From Candidatus Eiseniibacteriota bacterium (GTDB taxonomy: Bacteria > Eisenbacteria > RBG-16-71-46 > JABDJR01), in NCBI GenBank assembly GCA_963762255.1, contig CAVXKA010000003.1, forward strand, positions 832,001-896,000: a stretch of DNA of 64,000 bases. Direction: 5' to 3'. Made by a program: the position numbers and the translations under genes. Within the stretch, counting starts at the first letter, position 1. Every line of letters starts with the position of its first letter. The notes beneath the pieces are model-generated. The model was not told the DNA's origin. It searched no databases and saw only the letters and a list, made by a program, of their open reading frames with translations. Shown here in pieces: positions 28,035 to 37,614 of the stretch.

Positions 28035-29207
28035 CTACCCCCGCGCGGACAGCTCAGCCAGCGCCCGAAACATCCAGGCCTGCCCCCACCGCATCATCGG
28101 CACCCGGTTCGCGTAGAACCGGGTCTTCTGAAACGTGAAGCGGCCGTGCCCGTCGGACATGGTAGTCAGCGTCCAGGCGGCCATGGCCCGCGCCTTGCCG
28201 ATCGCGTCCGGATCGAGCCGCCGCAGCGCGAGGCGCGTGACGATCGCCTGCGCCGGGCAGTGGATATCGAGCGGCCACCGGCTGGTGTCGAAGTGACGGG
28301 GCGCGCCGTCCGGGTCGACGAATCGCGTATCCCAGTAACGCCACGCCCGATCGAGCGCATCATCCATCCAGGTCTCGCCGGTGGCTTGCCGGTACCGCTC
28401 GAGCGCGACCAGGTTGTAGCCCATGTGGTAGTTGTCGACCCACCCCTGGTTGGCCGCTTCGCCGTACGGCCAGGCGCCGTCGGCTCGGATGCGGCTCACC
28501 GAGAACTCCATCGCCCGCCGTGCGAGGTCCGCGTACTCCGCCGAGCCGGTCCGCCGCGCTTCGACGGCAAGATGCGCCGCGCCGAGCATGTTGACGTTGT
28601 GGATCCGTGTCTTCGTGGCCGGGGTATAGGTGATCCAGGCGACGCCGCCCTCCTCGCGACGAAGCCGCCGCGCGATGAACCGCGCCACGTCCGCCGGCAC
28701 GCTAGTCCGGTCCCCGCCGTCGGCGCGCTCCTCGAACGCCGCCGAGCCGAACACCGAACCGATCAGGTTCGGTTCGTCCCTCTCCTGAAAGAATGCCCGG
28801 CTCTGCCAGGCGAAGGGATAGCCCCAGACGATCTCCTCGAAGCCGGGCGAGCGGAGCGCGATGAGCCGATCGAGAAGGGCTGCGCCGCGTGCCCGCCAGA
28901 GATCCGCCTCGGGGCCTCCCCGCTCCGCGAGCCGCCACGCGCCGACGGCGAAGAGCGCGAGCCCCTTCGCCACGACCTCGCGCTTCTGCCCGAAAAGAGG
29001 CCGCAAGTTGATCGGGGAACGCTTCACGAGCTGGATCCATGCCTGCCGCGCGGGAGCGATGTGATAGAAGGGAGTTATCCTGAAGATGGGCGCGTTTAGG
29101 CCGTCGTAGGGATCCCAACCGGCGAAACCAGCCGTCTCGGCCTCGGCCCAGACCGCCGCCAGAACGTTGCCCAGCGGAAGCGCCCCCGAGGGCGCCGCCG
29201 CGTTCAC
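28035..29207 (-). CDS. Polysaccharide-locus protein, putative (alpha/alpha)6 fold
   Basis: GWDPYDGLN, KRSPINLRP, WGYPFAWQSR, DGAWPYGE, WVDNYH, PMMRWGQAWM; GTG overlaps upstream stop. Confidence 0.75.
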   Translation of the reverse strand: MNAAAPSGALPLGNVLAAVWAEAETAGFAGWDPYDGLNAPIFRITPFYHIAPARQAWIQLVKRSPINLRPLFGQKREVVAKGLALFAVGAWRLAERGGPEADLWRARGAALLDRLIALRSPGFEEIVWGYPFAWQSRAFFQERDEPNLIGSVFGSAAFEERADGGDRTSVPADVARFIARRLRREEGGVAWITYTPATKTRIHNVNMLGAAHLAVEARRTGSAEYADLARRAMEFSVSRIRADGAWPYGEAANQGWVDNYHMGYNLVALERYRQATGETWMDDALDRAWRYWDTRFVDPDGAPRHFDTSRWPLDIHCPAQAIVTRLALRRLDPDAIGKARAMAAWTLTTMSDGHGRFTFQKTRFYANRVPMMRWGQAWMFRALAELSARG

Positions 29208-31357
29208 CACGCGACCGTCACCTCTCCGCCGGTCCGCATCGATTCGAGAGCGGCCAGCGCGGTCGCCGCACCCGAGAGGAGGTCCTCGACCGGAATCGGC
29301 GGCGGCGTCCCATCGACCACCATCCGGACGAACGCTTCCATCTGTGCCGCCTGCCCCTTGTCCTGCCCGGAGCCGCCGATCTTCTTCGAACGGCCGCCGC
29401 CGACCAGCGTCCCCGACTTGAAATCGTCGATGACGGCCACACGGCCGCCGCCGAAAGTTTCGACGCGTTCCTTCGGAAACGCGCTGTCCCCGATCGCGGT
29501 GTAGAGGATGGAGCCTATCGATCCATCGCTCATGGAGACATCGAGCGTGAACGAGTCCCCGGCGTCGGCGGCGTCTCCGCCCAATGCGCGCGCGTGAACC
29601 CGCTCCGGGCGCGCCGCGCACAGGAAGTGGAGGAAGTCGATGAAATGGCATCCCTCGCCGACGAGACGGCCGCCTCCCTGCGCCGGGTCGCGCAGCCAGT
29701 GTCCGGATGGGAGCGGACCGGCGTTGACGCGATAGAGCATCGTCTGGCGCGGCACCCGGGCCATGAACTCGCGCGCGGCCCTGGCCGTGGGCGCGAAGCG
29801 GCGGTTGAAGCCGACCTGGAGCTTGCCGCCCGTCTCCTCGATCGCCTTCGCCACCTCGGTGAGTTCCTCGCGGGTGACGACGAGCGGCTTCTCGACGAAG
29901 ACGGCCTTGCCGCGACGCAGCGCTTCGATCGTGTAGCGCGCGTGGAGATGATGGCGCGTGGCGATGAGAACGGCGTTGACGGCCTTGTCCTCGAGCACTT
30001 CCATCGGGTCCGAGGCCGCCACCGCGAAGCCGCTTCGCTCGGCGACCTTGCGCGCGGTGACGCCGCTCCCGGTGGCCACGACTTGCAGGGCGACGTCGGC
30101 GCGTCCCTTCAGATGCGGAAGGAGCATCGCCTGGGCGTAGTTGCCGGCGCCGATCACGCCGAGGACGCACTTCGCCGACGCCGCGGTGTGACGCGGGCGG
30201 AGATCGATCCGCCGGACGGGCGCGGCGTCGGCGTCCGGGTAGCGGATGAGAACGCCGACGAACCGCTCGCTCGTCTTGCCGGTGATGACCTCGTAGGCCT
30301 TCGCCGCGTCGGCGACGTCGAAGGTGTGCGTGGTGAGCAGATCGAGGTCGAGCCGCCGCTCGGCGATGAGGTTGAGGAACGCATCGAAGTTCCGCCCCTC
30401 GGTCCAGCGCACGTAGCCGATCGGGTAGTCGATCCCCGCCTCTTCGTAGAGCGGGTCGTAGCGTCCGGGCCCGTACGAACGGGAGATGCTGAAACGCAGC
30501 TCCTTGGCGAAGTACGGATCGCGGGGGATCTCCATGCCGGAGACGCCCACGAGCACGACGGAGGCGCGGTCGCGGGCGATCTTCGCCGCCAGCTCCACGG
30601 GGTCGTTGGTCGACGCGGCGGCAGCGATCAACACCGCGTCGACGCCGTAGCCGTTCGTGAACCCCGCGGCCAACGTCTCGATATCGTCCGTCCCGCGCAC
30701 GCCCACCAGGTCCGCGCCGCTCTTGAGGGCCAACTCGCACGCGGCGGGGTTGACGTCGATCCCGAGCACGCGGCAGCCCGAAGCCTTGAGGATCTGCACG
30801 GCCAACTGCCCGACCAGACCCAATCCGATGACCGCGACCGTCTCCCCGACGCGCAGATCGGCTTGCCGCACTCCGTGGAGCGCGATGACGCCGACGGTGG
30901 TGAAGCACGCGTGCCGAAGATCGACCCCCTCGGGGACCTGCGCGCACAGGTTGACGGGGACGTTCACGTAGTCGGCGTGGCTCGCCTTGTCTTGCCCGCC
31001 GCAGGCCACACGATCGCCGACACGGAACCCCTCGACCCCCTCGCCCACCTGCACGACGGTGCCGGCGGTGGAGTAGCCAAGCGTCTTCCACGTGTCGAGA
31101 CGCGCCTGGACTTTCTGAATGGCGTTCAGGACTCCTTCGCGGCGCGCGGAGTCGAGGACCTTCTTCACCAGGTCGGGCCGGGCGCGGGCCTTGCCGAGAA
31201 GGCTCTTCTGTCCGGTGGACACCGTCGAGCGCTCGGTGCCCGCCGACACCAGCGACCACGCGTTGCGAACGAGAAGGCATCCGGCCTGCGCTTGCGGCGC
31301 GGGCACGTCGACGACCTTCACTTCCCCCGTCTTGAAATCCTGGACGAGTTGCTTCAT
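29204..31357 (-). CDS. Bi-domain oxidoreductase (Zn-ADH-like + Gfo/Idh/MocA)
   Basis: MKQLVQ, VSAGTE, LGYSTAG, GLGLVG, SRSYGPGRYD, IGAGNY, VFVEKP, VGFNRRF, GEGCHFID. Confidence 0.92.
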   Translation of the reverse strand: MKQLVQDFKTGEVKVVDVPAPQAQAGCLLVRNAWSLVSAGTERSTVSTGQKSLLGKARARPDLVKKVLDSARREGVLNAIQKVQARLDTWKTLGYSTAGTVVQVGEGVEGFRVGDRVACGGQDKASHADYVNVPVNLCAQVPEGVDLRHACFTTVGVIALHGVRQADLRVGETVAVIGLGLVGQLAVQILKASGCRVLGIDVNPAACELALKSGADLVGVRGTDDIETLAAGFTNGYGVDAVLIAAAASTNDPVELAAKIARDRASVVLVGVSGMEIPRDPYFAKELRFSISRSYGPGRYDPLYEEAGIDYPIGYVRWTEGRNFDAFLNLIAERRLDLDLLTTHTFDVADAAKAYEVITGKTSERFVGVLIRYPDADAAPVRRIDLRPRHTAASAKCVLGVIGAGNYAQAMLLPHLKGRADVALQVVATGSGVTARKVAERSGFAVAASDPMEVLEDKAVNAVLIATRHHLHARYTIEALRRGKAVFVEKPLVVTREELTEVAKAIEETGGKLQVGFNRRFAPTARAAREFMARVPRQTMLYRVNAGPLPSGHWLRDPAQGGGRLVGEGCHFIDFLHFLCAARPERVHARALGGDAADAGDSFTLDVSMSDGSIGSILYTAIGDSAFPKERVETFGGGRVAVIDDFKSGTLVGGGRSKKIGGSGQDKGQAAQMEAFVRMVVDGTPPPIPVEDLLSGAATALAALESMRTGGEVTVAW

Positions 31358-31476
31358 CCCCGCACTTCCATTCGTCGCGCGTTAAGTTACTCTGCCCGAG
31401 CCAGTTAGAATCGAGTGAGTCTAGGGACGCCACGCACCGGGGTCAAGTCAGGCCCGCCGGCGGCAGCGCGCGTCCG

Positions 31477-32643
31477 TCATCGGTGCGGGTCGCCGCGTCT
31501 TTCCGGCGGCTCGGCCGAGAGGAGCGCCTCCATCACCAGCGCGTGCCCCGCTTTGTCGAAGTGGAAGGGGTCGGCGGTGCCATCCTCGAAGGTTCCGTAG
31601 TGCATGAGCGGGACGGCGTCTCGCAGGTCCAAGAAGAGGCCGCCGGCCCTGTTTGTCGCCGCCTGCAGCGCGGGATACGAGACAGCCTCCGCATGCGGCG
31701 AAAACTGATGCGACTGCACTGCGCGGTTGACGGGCGAGAGCAGGTTCACGACGCGAACGCCTCGGCGGGTGAGCTCCGCGGAAACGTCTCCTACGAAACG
31801 AGCAGAAGCGATCAGGACGGAGCTCGGCGGATCGATCTGCTTGGAAGTGCCGTGCACCCAACCGATCGGAAGCCAGCGGCCGAGCGGGCTACGGCGAAGG
31901 ATCTCCCCCTTGGCTGCGATCGGCCGGCGCGAGAAGCGGACGGCGGCGCTCCGGTCCAACACACCTTGCCACCATTCGGTGAGCGCATTGAGGCGACCGG
32001 TATGGTCGGCCGAGCCCGAGACCCCACTACTCTCACCGACCAGGATGACGTCGGCGGCCAGTGTCGAGTCGGCGCGGATGAGCGAGCGGTACATCGGGAC
32101 CAACTCCGCGCGAATCTCGTTCTTTCTCTGGCTGAAGACGCTATGGGCCCAGTAGACGACACGAGGGACGACCCCGGCGCGCAGCATGGCCAGAAGCAGA
32201 GCCCCCTGCTCGTATCCGTTGCTGCCACCCAAGTGAAGCGAAACCACGGCGGTGTCGGGAGGGAGGCGCCGGGCGACAAGCTTCGGGTAGGGATCTCCTT
32301 CGCCGCGCGCCGACGCACCCTGCGAATCCCCCACGAAGACGATGGCACCGGTCGGTGCGCGGCTAGCGAGATCGGCAAAGAAGGCGGTCGGGTCCTGCAG
32401 CCCGAGGTAGTAATAGTTCGAGGGGCCGCCGGCCCCCGCCGCCGCCTCCGGCGGCGCCGCCGTGCCGCGCCGCTCGAAGACCCGCATAGTCGAGCCAAAA
32501 TACACCTCCACACCCACGAGCACGGCAACGAGCACGAGCAGGTCCCGCACGAGCGCGGCACGGGCGGAGCCCCGGGCCCCCGCGGGGGCGGCGGCCCCGG
32601 GCCCAGGCTCAGAACTGGAAGTAGATGAACGGAACCTTGCCAC
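31477..32643 (-). CDS. Membrane-anchored SGNH-like (AlgJ/DltD-type) partner of MBOAT; start uncertain
   Basis: TM helix, VFVGDSQ nucleophile-like motif, C-terminal DPFH (DxxH); directly downstream of MBOAT. Confidence 0.65.
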   Translation of the reverse strand: MARFRSSTSSSEPGPGAAAPAGARGSARAALVRDLLVLVAVLVGVEVYFGSTMRVFERRGTAAPPEAAAGAGGPSNYYYLGLQDPTAFFADLASRAPTGAIVFVGDSQGASARGEGDPYPKLVARRLPPDTAVVSLHLGGSNGYEQGALLLAMLRAGVVPRVVYWAHSVFSQRKNEIRAELVPMYRSLIRADSTLAADVILVGESSGVSGSADHTGRLNALTEWWQGVLDRSAAVRFSRRPIAAKGEILRRSPLGRWLPIGWVHGTSKQIDPPSSVLIASARFVGDVSAELTRRGVRVVNLLSPVNRAVQSHQFSPHAEAVSYPALQAATNRAGGLFLDLRDAVPLMHYGTFEDGTADPFHFDKAGHALVMEALLSAEPPERRGDPHR

Positions 32644-34075
32644 CCGTTCCTCCCATGAGCACGATGTAGATCAGTGCCGCCGCGTAGGCGAAGCCGCGCA
32701 GCCAGCCACGCGCACCCCGGAACACCCACTCATCCTGGCGAGCGTACTCGATTGCCTGCACGAGCGCGGTCACCCCGTACCCGGCCACCAAGAGGACCAG
32801 CGTCTTGCGCTGCACGACCCATCCCCCGGCGGTGAACATGCGCCGGAGATACTGTCCCGCTTCCTCAAGCGAGGCGGCGCGGAAGACGACCCAGGCCAAC
32901 GACACCAGAACGAATACCAGCAACGCGGCCGACGCCGCGCGCACGACGTCGAGAACACCGCGGATCCGTGGGCGTTTGCGAATCGTGCGGTTGCCGAAGA
33001 CGAAGAGCCGCTCCGCGGAGAGGAAGGCCCCGTGCAGTCCGCCCCAAACCACATAGGTCCACCCGGCGCCGTGCCAGAGACCGCACAGCAGCATCGTGAT
33101 CATGGCGGCGATGGGGTAAGCGATGCGCATCTCCTGCTCCACGCTCTTCAGCTTGAACCGCTCCAGACGGCGCAGGAACGCGGACACAAGCGGGTTGAAG
33201 AGGTAGTCCCAGATCCAGGTGGAGAGCGAGATGTGCCAGCGCCGCCAGAACTCGCTGAACGAACGCGAGAAATAGGGTTGCTCGAAGTTGTTGACCACTT
33301 CGTAGCCGAAGAGCTTCGCCGCGCCCCGGGCGATGAGGCTGTAGCCGGCGAAGTCCGTGAAGATCTGCAGCGAGTACAGGAACACGCCCGCGACCAGTTC
33401 CCCCGAGCCGGCGGCCGCCGCGCGCGAGAAGATGTCGTTGCAGAAGGGGGCGATCGGATCGGCCACCGCCACCTTCAGGAGATAGCCCAGGATCATCCGC
33501 TCCAGAGCGTCGCGCAGGTTGTCTGCCCGCAGCGGCTGGCGGGCGGCGAGCTGCGGCAGCCAGCGGGCGCCGCGCTCGATGGGGCCGGCCAGGAGGAGCG
33601 GGAAGAACGCGACGGCCAGAGCGGTGTCGAGCGCTGAGCGCGACGGCGTGAACTTGCGGCGGTAGGCATCCACCACGTAGCCGATGGCCAGGAACGTGTA
33701 GAACGAGACCCCGACCGGCAACATGAGGCGCAGAATGGGGCCCGGCGGGCGGGCGGGGCCCATCAGCGGTCGCAGGGTATCGAGGAAGAACCCGAGGTAC
33801 TTGAAGACGAAGAGCAATCCGAGGAGCGCGGTCACGCCCAGGAGCAGCCACCGCCGCCTCGTCGCCGGGGTCTCCGCCCGCGTGATGAGCTGCGGCACCG
33901 TGAATACGATCAGCCACACGTACGCCAGCGGGCCCAAAAAACGCACATCCCAGCCGGCGTAGAAGAACAGGCTGGCCGCGGTGAGCACGACCTTGCGTCC
34001 GGTCCCTCCCCACGGAAGCCAGAGGAGGAACACCGCGGCGAGGAACGGCAGAAAGAGAGCGTCGGTGAAGAGCAT
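32609..34075 (-). CDS. MBOAT O-acyltransferase (AlgI/PatA-like)
   Basis: LPVGVSFYTF, FFPLLLAGPIER, QIFTDFAGYS, FWRRWHISLSTW, GLWHGA, PFIYFQF. Confidence 0.94.
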   Translation of the reverse strand: MLFTDALFLPFLAAVFLLWLPWGGTGRKVVLTAASLFFYAGWDVRFLGPLAYVWLIVFTVPQLITRAETPATRRRWLLLGVTALLGLLFVFKYLGFFLDTLRPLMGPARPPGPILRLMLPVGVSFYTFLAIGYVVDAYRRKFTPSRSALDTALAVAFFPLLLAGPIERGARWLPQLAARQPLRADNLRDALERMILGYLLKVAVADPIAPFCNDIFSRAAAAGSGELVAGVFLYSLQIFTDFAGYSLIARGAAKLFGYEVVNNFEQPYFSRSFSEFWRRWHISLSTWIWDYLFNPLVSAFLRRLERFKLKSVEQEMRIAYPIAAMITMLLCGLWHGAGWTYVVWGGLHGAFLSAERLFVFGNRTIRKRPRIRGVLDVVRAASAALLVFVLVSLAWVVFRAASLEEAGQYLRRMFTAGGWVVQRKTLVLLVAGYGVTALVQAIEYARQDEWVFRGARGWLRGFAYAAALIYIVLMGGTGGKVPFIYFQF

Positions 34076-34085
34076 CAGCCGGGCG

Positions 34086-35138
34086 TCACGGGTTCAGGAT
34101 CTTGCCGAGGAACTCGTAGATCTCGCCCCGCGACTCCCGGGCCGCAGGAATATCGATGCGGTTGAAGCTGTGTCCGCCCGGAGCGTCCTCGTAGATCTTG
34201 TACTCGAAGTCCTTCCCTGCCGCTTTGAGCTGCGCGATCAGGTGTTCCACTTCGACCACGTTCACGTCGCGGTCGTTGGTGGTCGTGTGGATGAGGAGCG
34301 GGGTGCGCAGCTTCTTTGCGTTCCAGGCCGGCGAGCGCTTGCGGTACTCGTCCACGTCCTCGTATACGGTCTTCCCGATGTGGTACGGCGCCGAGAACTC
34401 GTCGCGGTAATCCTCGGTGAGATAGCCCATGCGCGCGATGAGATCCGAGACCGGCACTCCGGCGTAAGCCACCTGGAACTTGTCGGGGTGATCGAAGACG
34501 GAGAGGAGCGCGATCAAGCCGCCGTGGCTCCAGCCGAGAATCCCGACACGCGAGCCGTCCACCTGGGGCAACGTCTCGACCGCCCAATCGCGCGCGGCGA
34601 CGACGTCGTCCACCTCGAGTCCCCCGTAGTCGATCGCGTGCTCGTAGCCCTTGCCGTACCCGGTGGAGCCTCGGTACTCCGGCGCCACCACGATGTAGCC
34701 CTGCTCCATCAACTCGCGGATGATGTGGGTGTGATACGTGGTGAAGTCGGCGTGCACGCCCCCATGGGGGAGGATCAGAAGCGGGGCCTTCTTGTTGCCG
34801 AGATCCCGCGGAACGAACACATAGGACCAGAATTTAAACGGGTGGCGCTCGTTTGCGATCCCGTAGATCTCCTCGTCCTTCGGATTCGGCGGGCCGGTCA
34901 AATAGACCTTGTCGACGACGGCGATGTCGCCCACGCGCTCGAACCAGAGAACGTCGTCGATCTTCTTGAGGATCTCGTCGAAGGAGAAGCGCTGCTCCTC
35001 GACCGCCTTCTCGAGCGCGGCCAGGCGGCTTTCCTGGTCGGGCGCGGCGGGGGTGTCCTGGCCGAAGCCCACGGCGGGAAGGAAAGCGAGGCATCCCCAG
35101 CCGATGAGACCGACCAGCAGAGCACATCGTGGCCGCAT
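34086..35138 (-). CDS. Secreted S9-family peptidase / alpha-beta hydrolase
   Basis: Signal peptide, HGGVH, YRGSTGYG, GWSHGG, DRDV, GGHSF. Confidence 0.9.
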   Translation of the reverse strand: MRPRCALLVGLIGWGCLAFLPAVGFGQDTPAAPDQESRLAALEKAVEEQRFSFDEILKKIDDVLWFERVGDIAVVDKVYLTGPPNPKDEEIYGIANERHPFKFWSYVFVPRDLGNKKAPLLILPHGGVHADFTTYHTHIIRELMEQGYIVVAPEYRGSTGYGKGYEHAIDYGGLEVDDVVAARDWAVETLPQVDGSRVGILGWSHGGLIALLSVFDHPDKFQVAYAGVPVSDLIARMGYLTEDYRDEFSAPYHIGKTVYEDVDEYRKRSPAWNAKKLRTPLLIHTTTNDRDVNVVEVEHLIAQLKAAGKDFEYKIYEDAPGGHSFNRIDIPAARESRGEIYEFLGKILNP

Positions 35139-35210
35139 CGTAACCTCCTCAAGGGTTTCGGGCATGGAATGCAGGGGAGGATACTCCGGCTCCCGGCCCC
35201 GAACAACCGC

Positions 35211-35756
35211 CTAGGGAGGAGCCATCCGTTCGCGCAGCTCCTCGGCAAGCACGCGGGCCTTCTCCGCCACCGTGCACGCGCGCGTGAGGTCGGACGCCTC
35301 GAAAGCCCGGAGCGCGTCGGCCAGGAACTTCTCCGCCGCCGAAAGCTCTTCCTGATCGGTCGTCGTGAGAACGCGTGCCCTCACGAGGGCCAGCGAGCGG
35401 GTCGCACGGTCCACGTCATCCCGGAACTTCGCTTCGCGCGCTGCGCGATCCTCCGCCGAGAGTCGGATCGTGACGGTGGGCGCGGGCTCCGGCGCGGTGA
35501 CGGCCGCGCTATCGGGCGCCGCGGTCCGCGCCGCGGCGGGCGGGTTCTTCGGGGTCTTGCGCGGGGCGCCCCCTCCGCCGGAGGCGGGAGCGCTCGGCGG
35601 ACTCGTCTGCGGCTCGACGGGAGCTGCGACGCTGTCCGGCGCCGTCACGTCGGGGCTCGGCGGCCGCATCGAACCGAGAAACGAACAACCCCCCAGGGCA
35701 AAGGCCGCGACCAGTGCCATGAGAACGAGCGAGCCGCGCGAGGGAGAGAGCATCAT
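35211..35756 (-). CDS. Lipoprotein with Pro/Ala linker and helical C-terminal domain
   Basis: Lipobox ALGGC, Pro-rich linker, helical tail ...AEKARVLAEEL; directly downstream of kinase. Confidence 0.75.
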   Translation of the reverse strand: MMLSPSRGSLVLMALVAAFALGGCSFLGSMRPPSPDVTAPDSVAAPVEPQTSPPSAPASGGGGAPRKTPKNPPAAARTAAPDSAAVTAPEPAPTVTIRLSAEDRAAREAKFRDDVDRATRSLALVRARVLTTTDQEELSAAEKFLADALRAFEASDLTRACTVAEKARVLAEELRERMAPP

Positions 35757-35766
35757 CGGGATTGTC

Positions 35767-37614
35767 TCAACCGGCCGTGAAGGCGGGCAAGGTGACGATG
35801 AAGGCCGTGCCGAGCCCCGGTCTGCTGCGCATGTCGATGCTGCCGCCGTGCATTTCCACAGCTTGTTGAACCAGCGCCAGCCCCACCCCGGTTCCCTCTT
35901 TCTTGGTAGTGAAGTAGAGATCGAACACGCTCGCCTGCAGTTCGACAGGGATCCCCTCGCCGCAATCTTCGACGGTTAGACGGACCCGCTGACCTACAGG
36001 GTACGCGGAAACAGAGATCGGCGCCGACCCTGCCGGAGACGCCTGGATCGCGTTGCGCAAGAGATTGAGGAGGGCTTGGCGAAGGACCTCCTCGTCCCCG
36101 TAGATCTCCGGCAGATTCTCGGCCACGTCGAGGGTGATCTCGACGCCCGCCAGGCGTGCCTCAGGCAGGACCAGCTCGCGCAGTTCGCGCAGAAACGGTG
36201 CCACATCGATCGGCTTGAGGCTCAGCTCCTGCAGCCGGGCCAACCGCAAAAACCCGTACACGACACGCTCCAGCCGGGCGATCTCGCGTTGCACCACATC
36301 CACGTGCGTTTGACTGGCGTCGCCCCCCGAGTCGCCCAGCTTCTGCTTGAGCAGCTCGAGATGGATGTTCATCGCGTTGAGCGGGTTGCGCACTTCGTGG
36401 GCCACCCCTGCCGCCATCTTCCCCAACCGCGAGAGCACCCGCGCGTGGTCGAGCATCTCCTGGATCTGCCGCATCCGGCCGTAGTCGCGCAGCGTAATCA
36501 TCGCGCCTTGCCGGCTCGGACCCTCCCCGACCACCTGGCAGGTGCCCAGATAGACCCGATCCCCTTCCCCCGTCGTGAACTCCATCGGGGCGGACTCCGG
36601 GCGGTGATCGCCGCCGAAAGCCTTGTCGACCATCTGCACCAGGGGATGACCCGCGGAGAGAACCTCGCCCAGATCCCGGCCGACCATCGCGCCGAACCCC
36701 GCACCGAGGATCCGGCATGCGGTTCGATTGGCCATGAGCACCTGACGGCGCGAATCGATCATGAGCAGGCCGTCGTCCACGGCATCGACAAGGCGGCGGA
36801 GCGTGTCCCCTTCGCTCACGAGCGTGTCGCGCTGGAGCAAGAGCTGCGCCCGCTCCTGGGAAAGCACCTCGCTCAGCGCGTTGATCTGGCGGGCCAGGTG
36901 ACCGACTTCATCCTGCGATCCCACCGGCACGCGATAACCGAAGTCGCCCCGCTGCAAGTGATCGATGCCTGCCTCGATGCGGCTCAGCGGCCGGAGGATG
37001 ACGATCCACGACACCGCGACGCCGAAGGCGGTGGCCAGGAGCACCTGCAGGATGAGCTTCACGATCTGGGTGCGAAGCACCGTCTGCATCTCTTCGCGCA
37101 GGAGTCCCGGCGAGAGGCCGACACGTACGGTGCCGAAGTCCCGATCGTTGAGGAGAACCGGCACCGAGATCTCCCATGCCTCGTGCTGGTGCACGATGGA
37201 CATGAACTGGCGCAGGAGCCCGAGCCCGCGTGCGGGGACGAGGCCGGGGTGCCGCGCGATCCGCGAACCGAGCTGCGTGCTGTCCGAGTGGCAGAGAACC
37301 AGATCGGTGGTGTCGGCCACCACCAGGTAGAGGACGGACGGCGTGAACTGCTGGGCGTCGGTCAGAACGCTCCTCAGGCGCGGGTCGCCCCGCACGACCT
37401 GAGCGGGGTCCGCGCCCGCCGCGCTGCGCAGCGAGATGGCGATCTGACTGATCACGAGGTTGGCGGCAAGCTCCGCGCGGGCCACCGCCGACTCGACCTC
37501 GACCCGGGTCAGCGTGGCAACCTCGACCATGGCCGAGCCCACCCCGATCAGAAACGCGAATAGCGTCAGCGCGAGGATGAGGACGAGGCGGATGCCGGGC
37601 CGTACCTTCGTCAC
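35767..37614 (-). CDS. Sensor histidine kinase (periplasmic domain, HAMP, PAS, HisKA, HATPase)
   Basis: DEVGHLA (HAMP), AGVAHEVRNPLN, LLNLLRNA, DCGEGI, YFTTKKEGTGVGL; GTG overlaps regulator stop. Confidence 0.92.
   Translation of the reverse strand: MTKVRPGIRLVLILALTLFAFLIGVGSAMVEVATLTRVEVESAVARAELAANLVISQIAISLRSAAGADPAQVVRGDPRLRSVLTDAQQFTPSVLYLVVADTTDLVLCHSDSTQLGSRIARHPGLVPARGLGLLRQFMSIVHQHEAWEISVPVLLNDRDFGTVRVGLSPGLLREEMQTVLRTQIVKLILQVLLATAFGVAVSWIVILRPLSRIEAGIDHLQRGDFGYRVPVGSQDEVGHLARQINALSEVLSQERAQLLLQRDTLVSEGDTLRRLVDAVDDGLLMIDSRRQVLMANRTACRILGAGFGAMVGRDLGEVLSAGHPLVQMVDKAFGGDHRPESAPMEFTTGEGDRVYLGTCQVVGEGPSRQGAMITLRDYGRMRQIQEMLDHARVLSRLGKMAAGVAHEVRNPLNAMNIHLELLKQKLGDSGGDASQTHVDVVQREIARLERVVYGFLRLARLQELSLKPIDVAPFLRELRELVLPEARLAGVEITLDVAENLPEIYGDEEVLRQALLNLLRNAIQASPAGSAPISVSAYPVGQRVRLTVEDCGEGIPVELQASVFDLYFTTKKEGTGVGLALVQQAVEMHGGSIDMRSRPGLGTAFIVTLPAFTAG

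Noticed and set aside
28035-31433. 1132-aa ORF as a single protein
   Set aside because: The N-terminal two-thirds is an off-frame overlap of the oxidoreductase; only 28035..29207 is plausible. The same applies to the extended starts of 35767..38358 and 56647..59166
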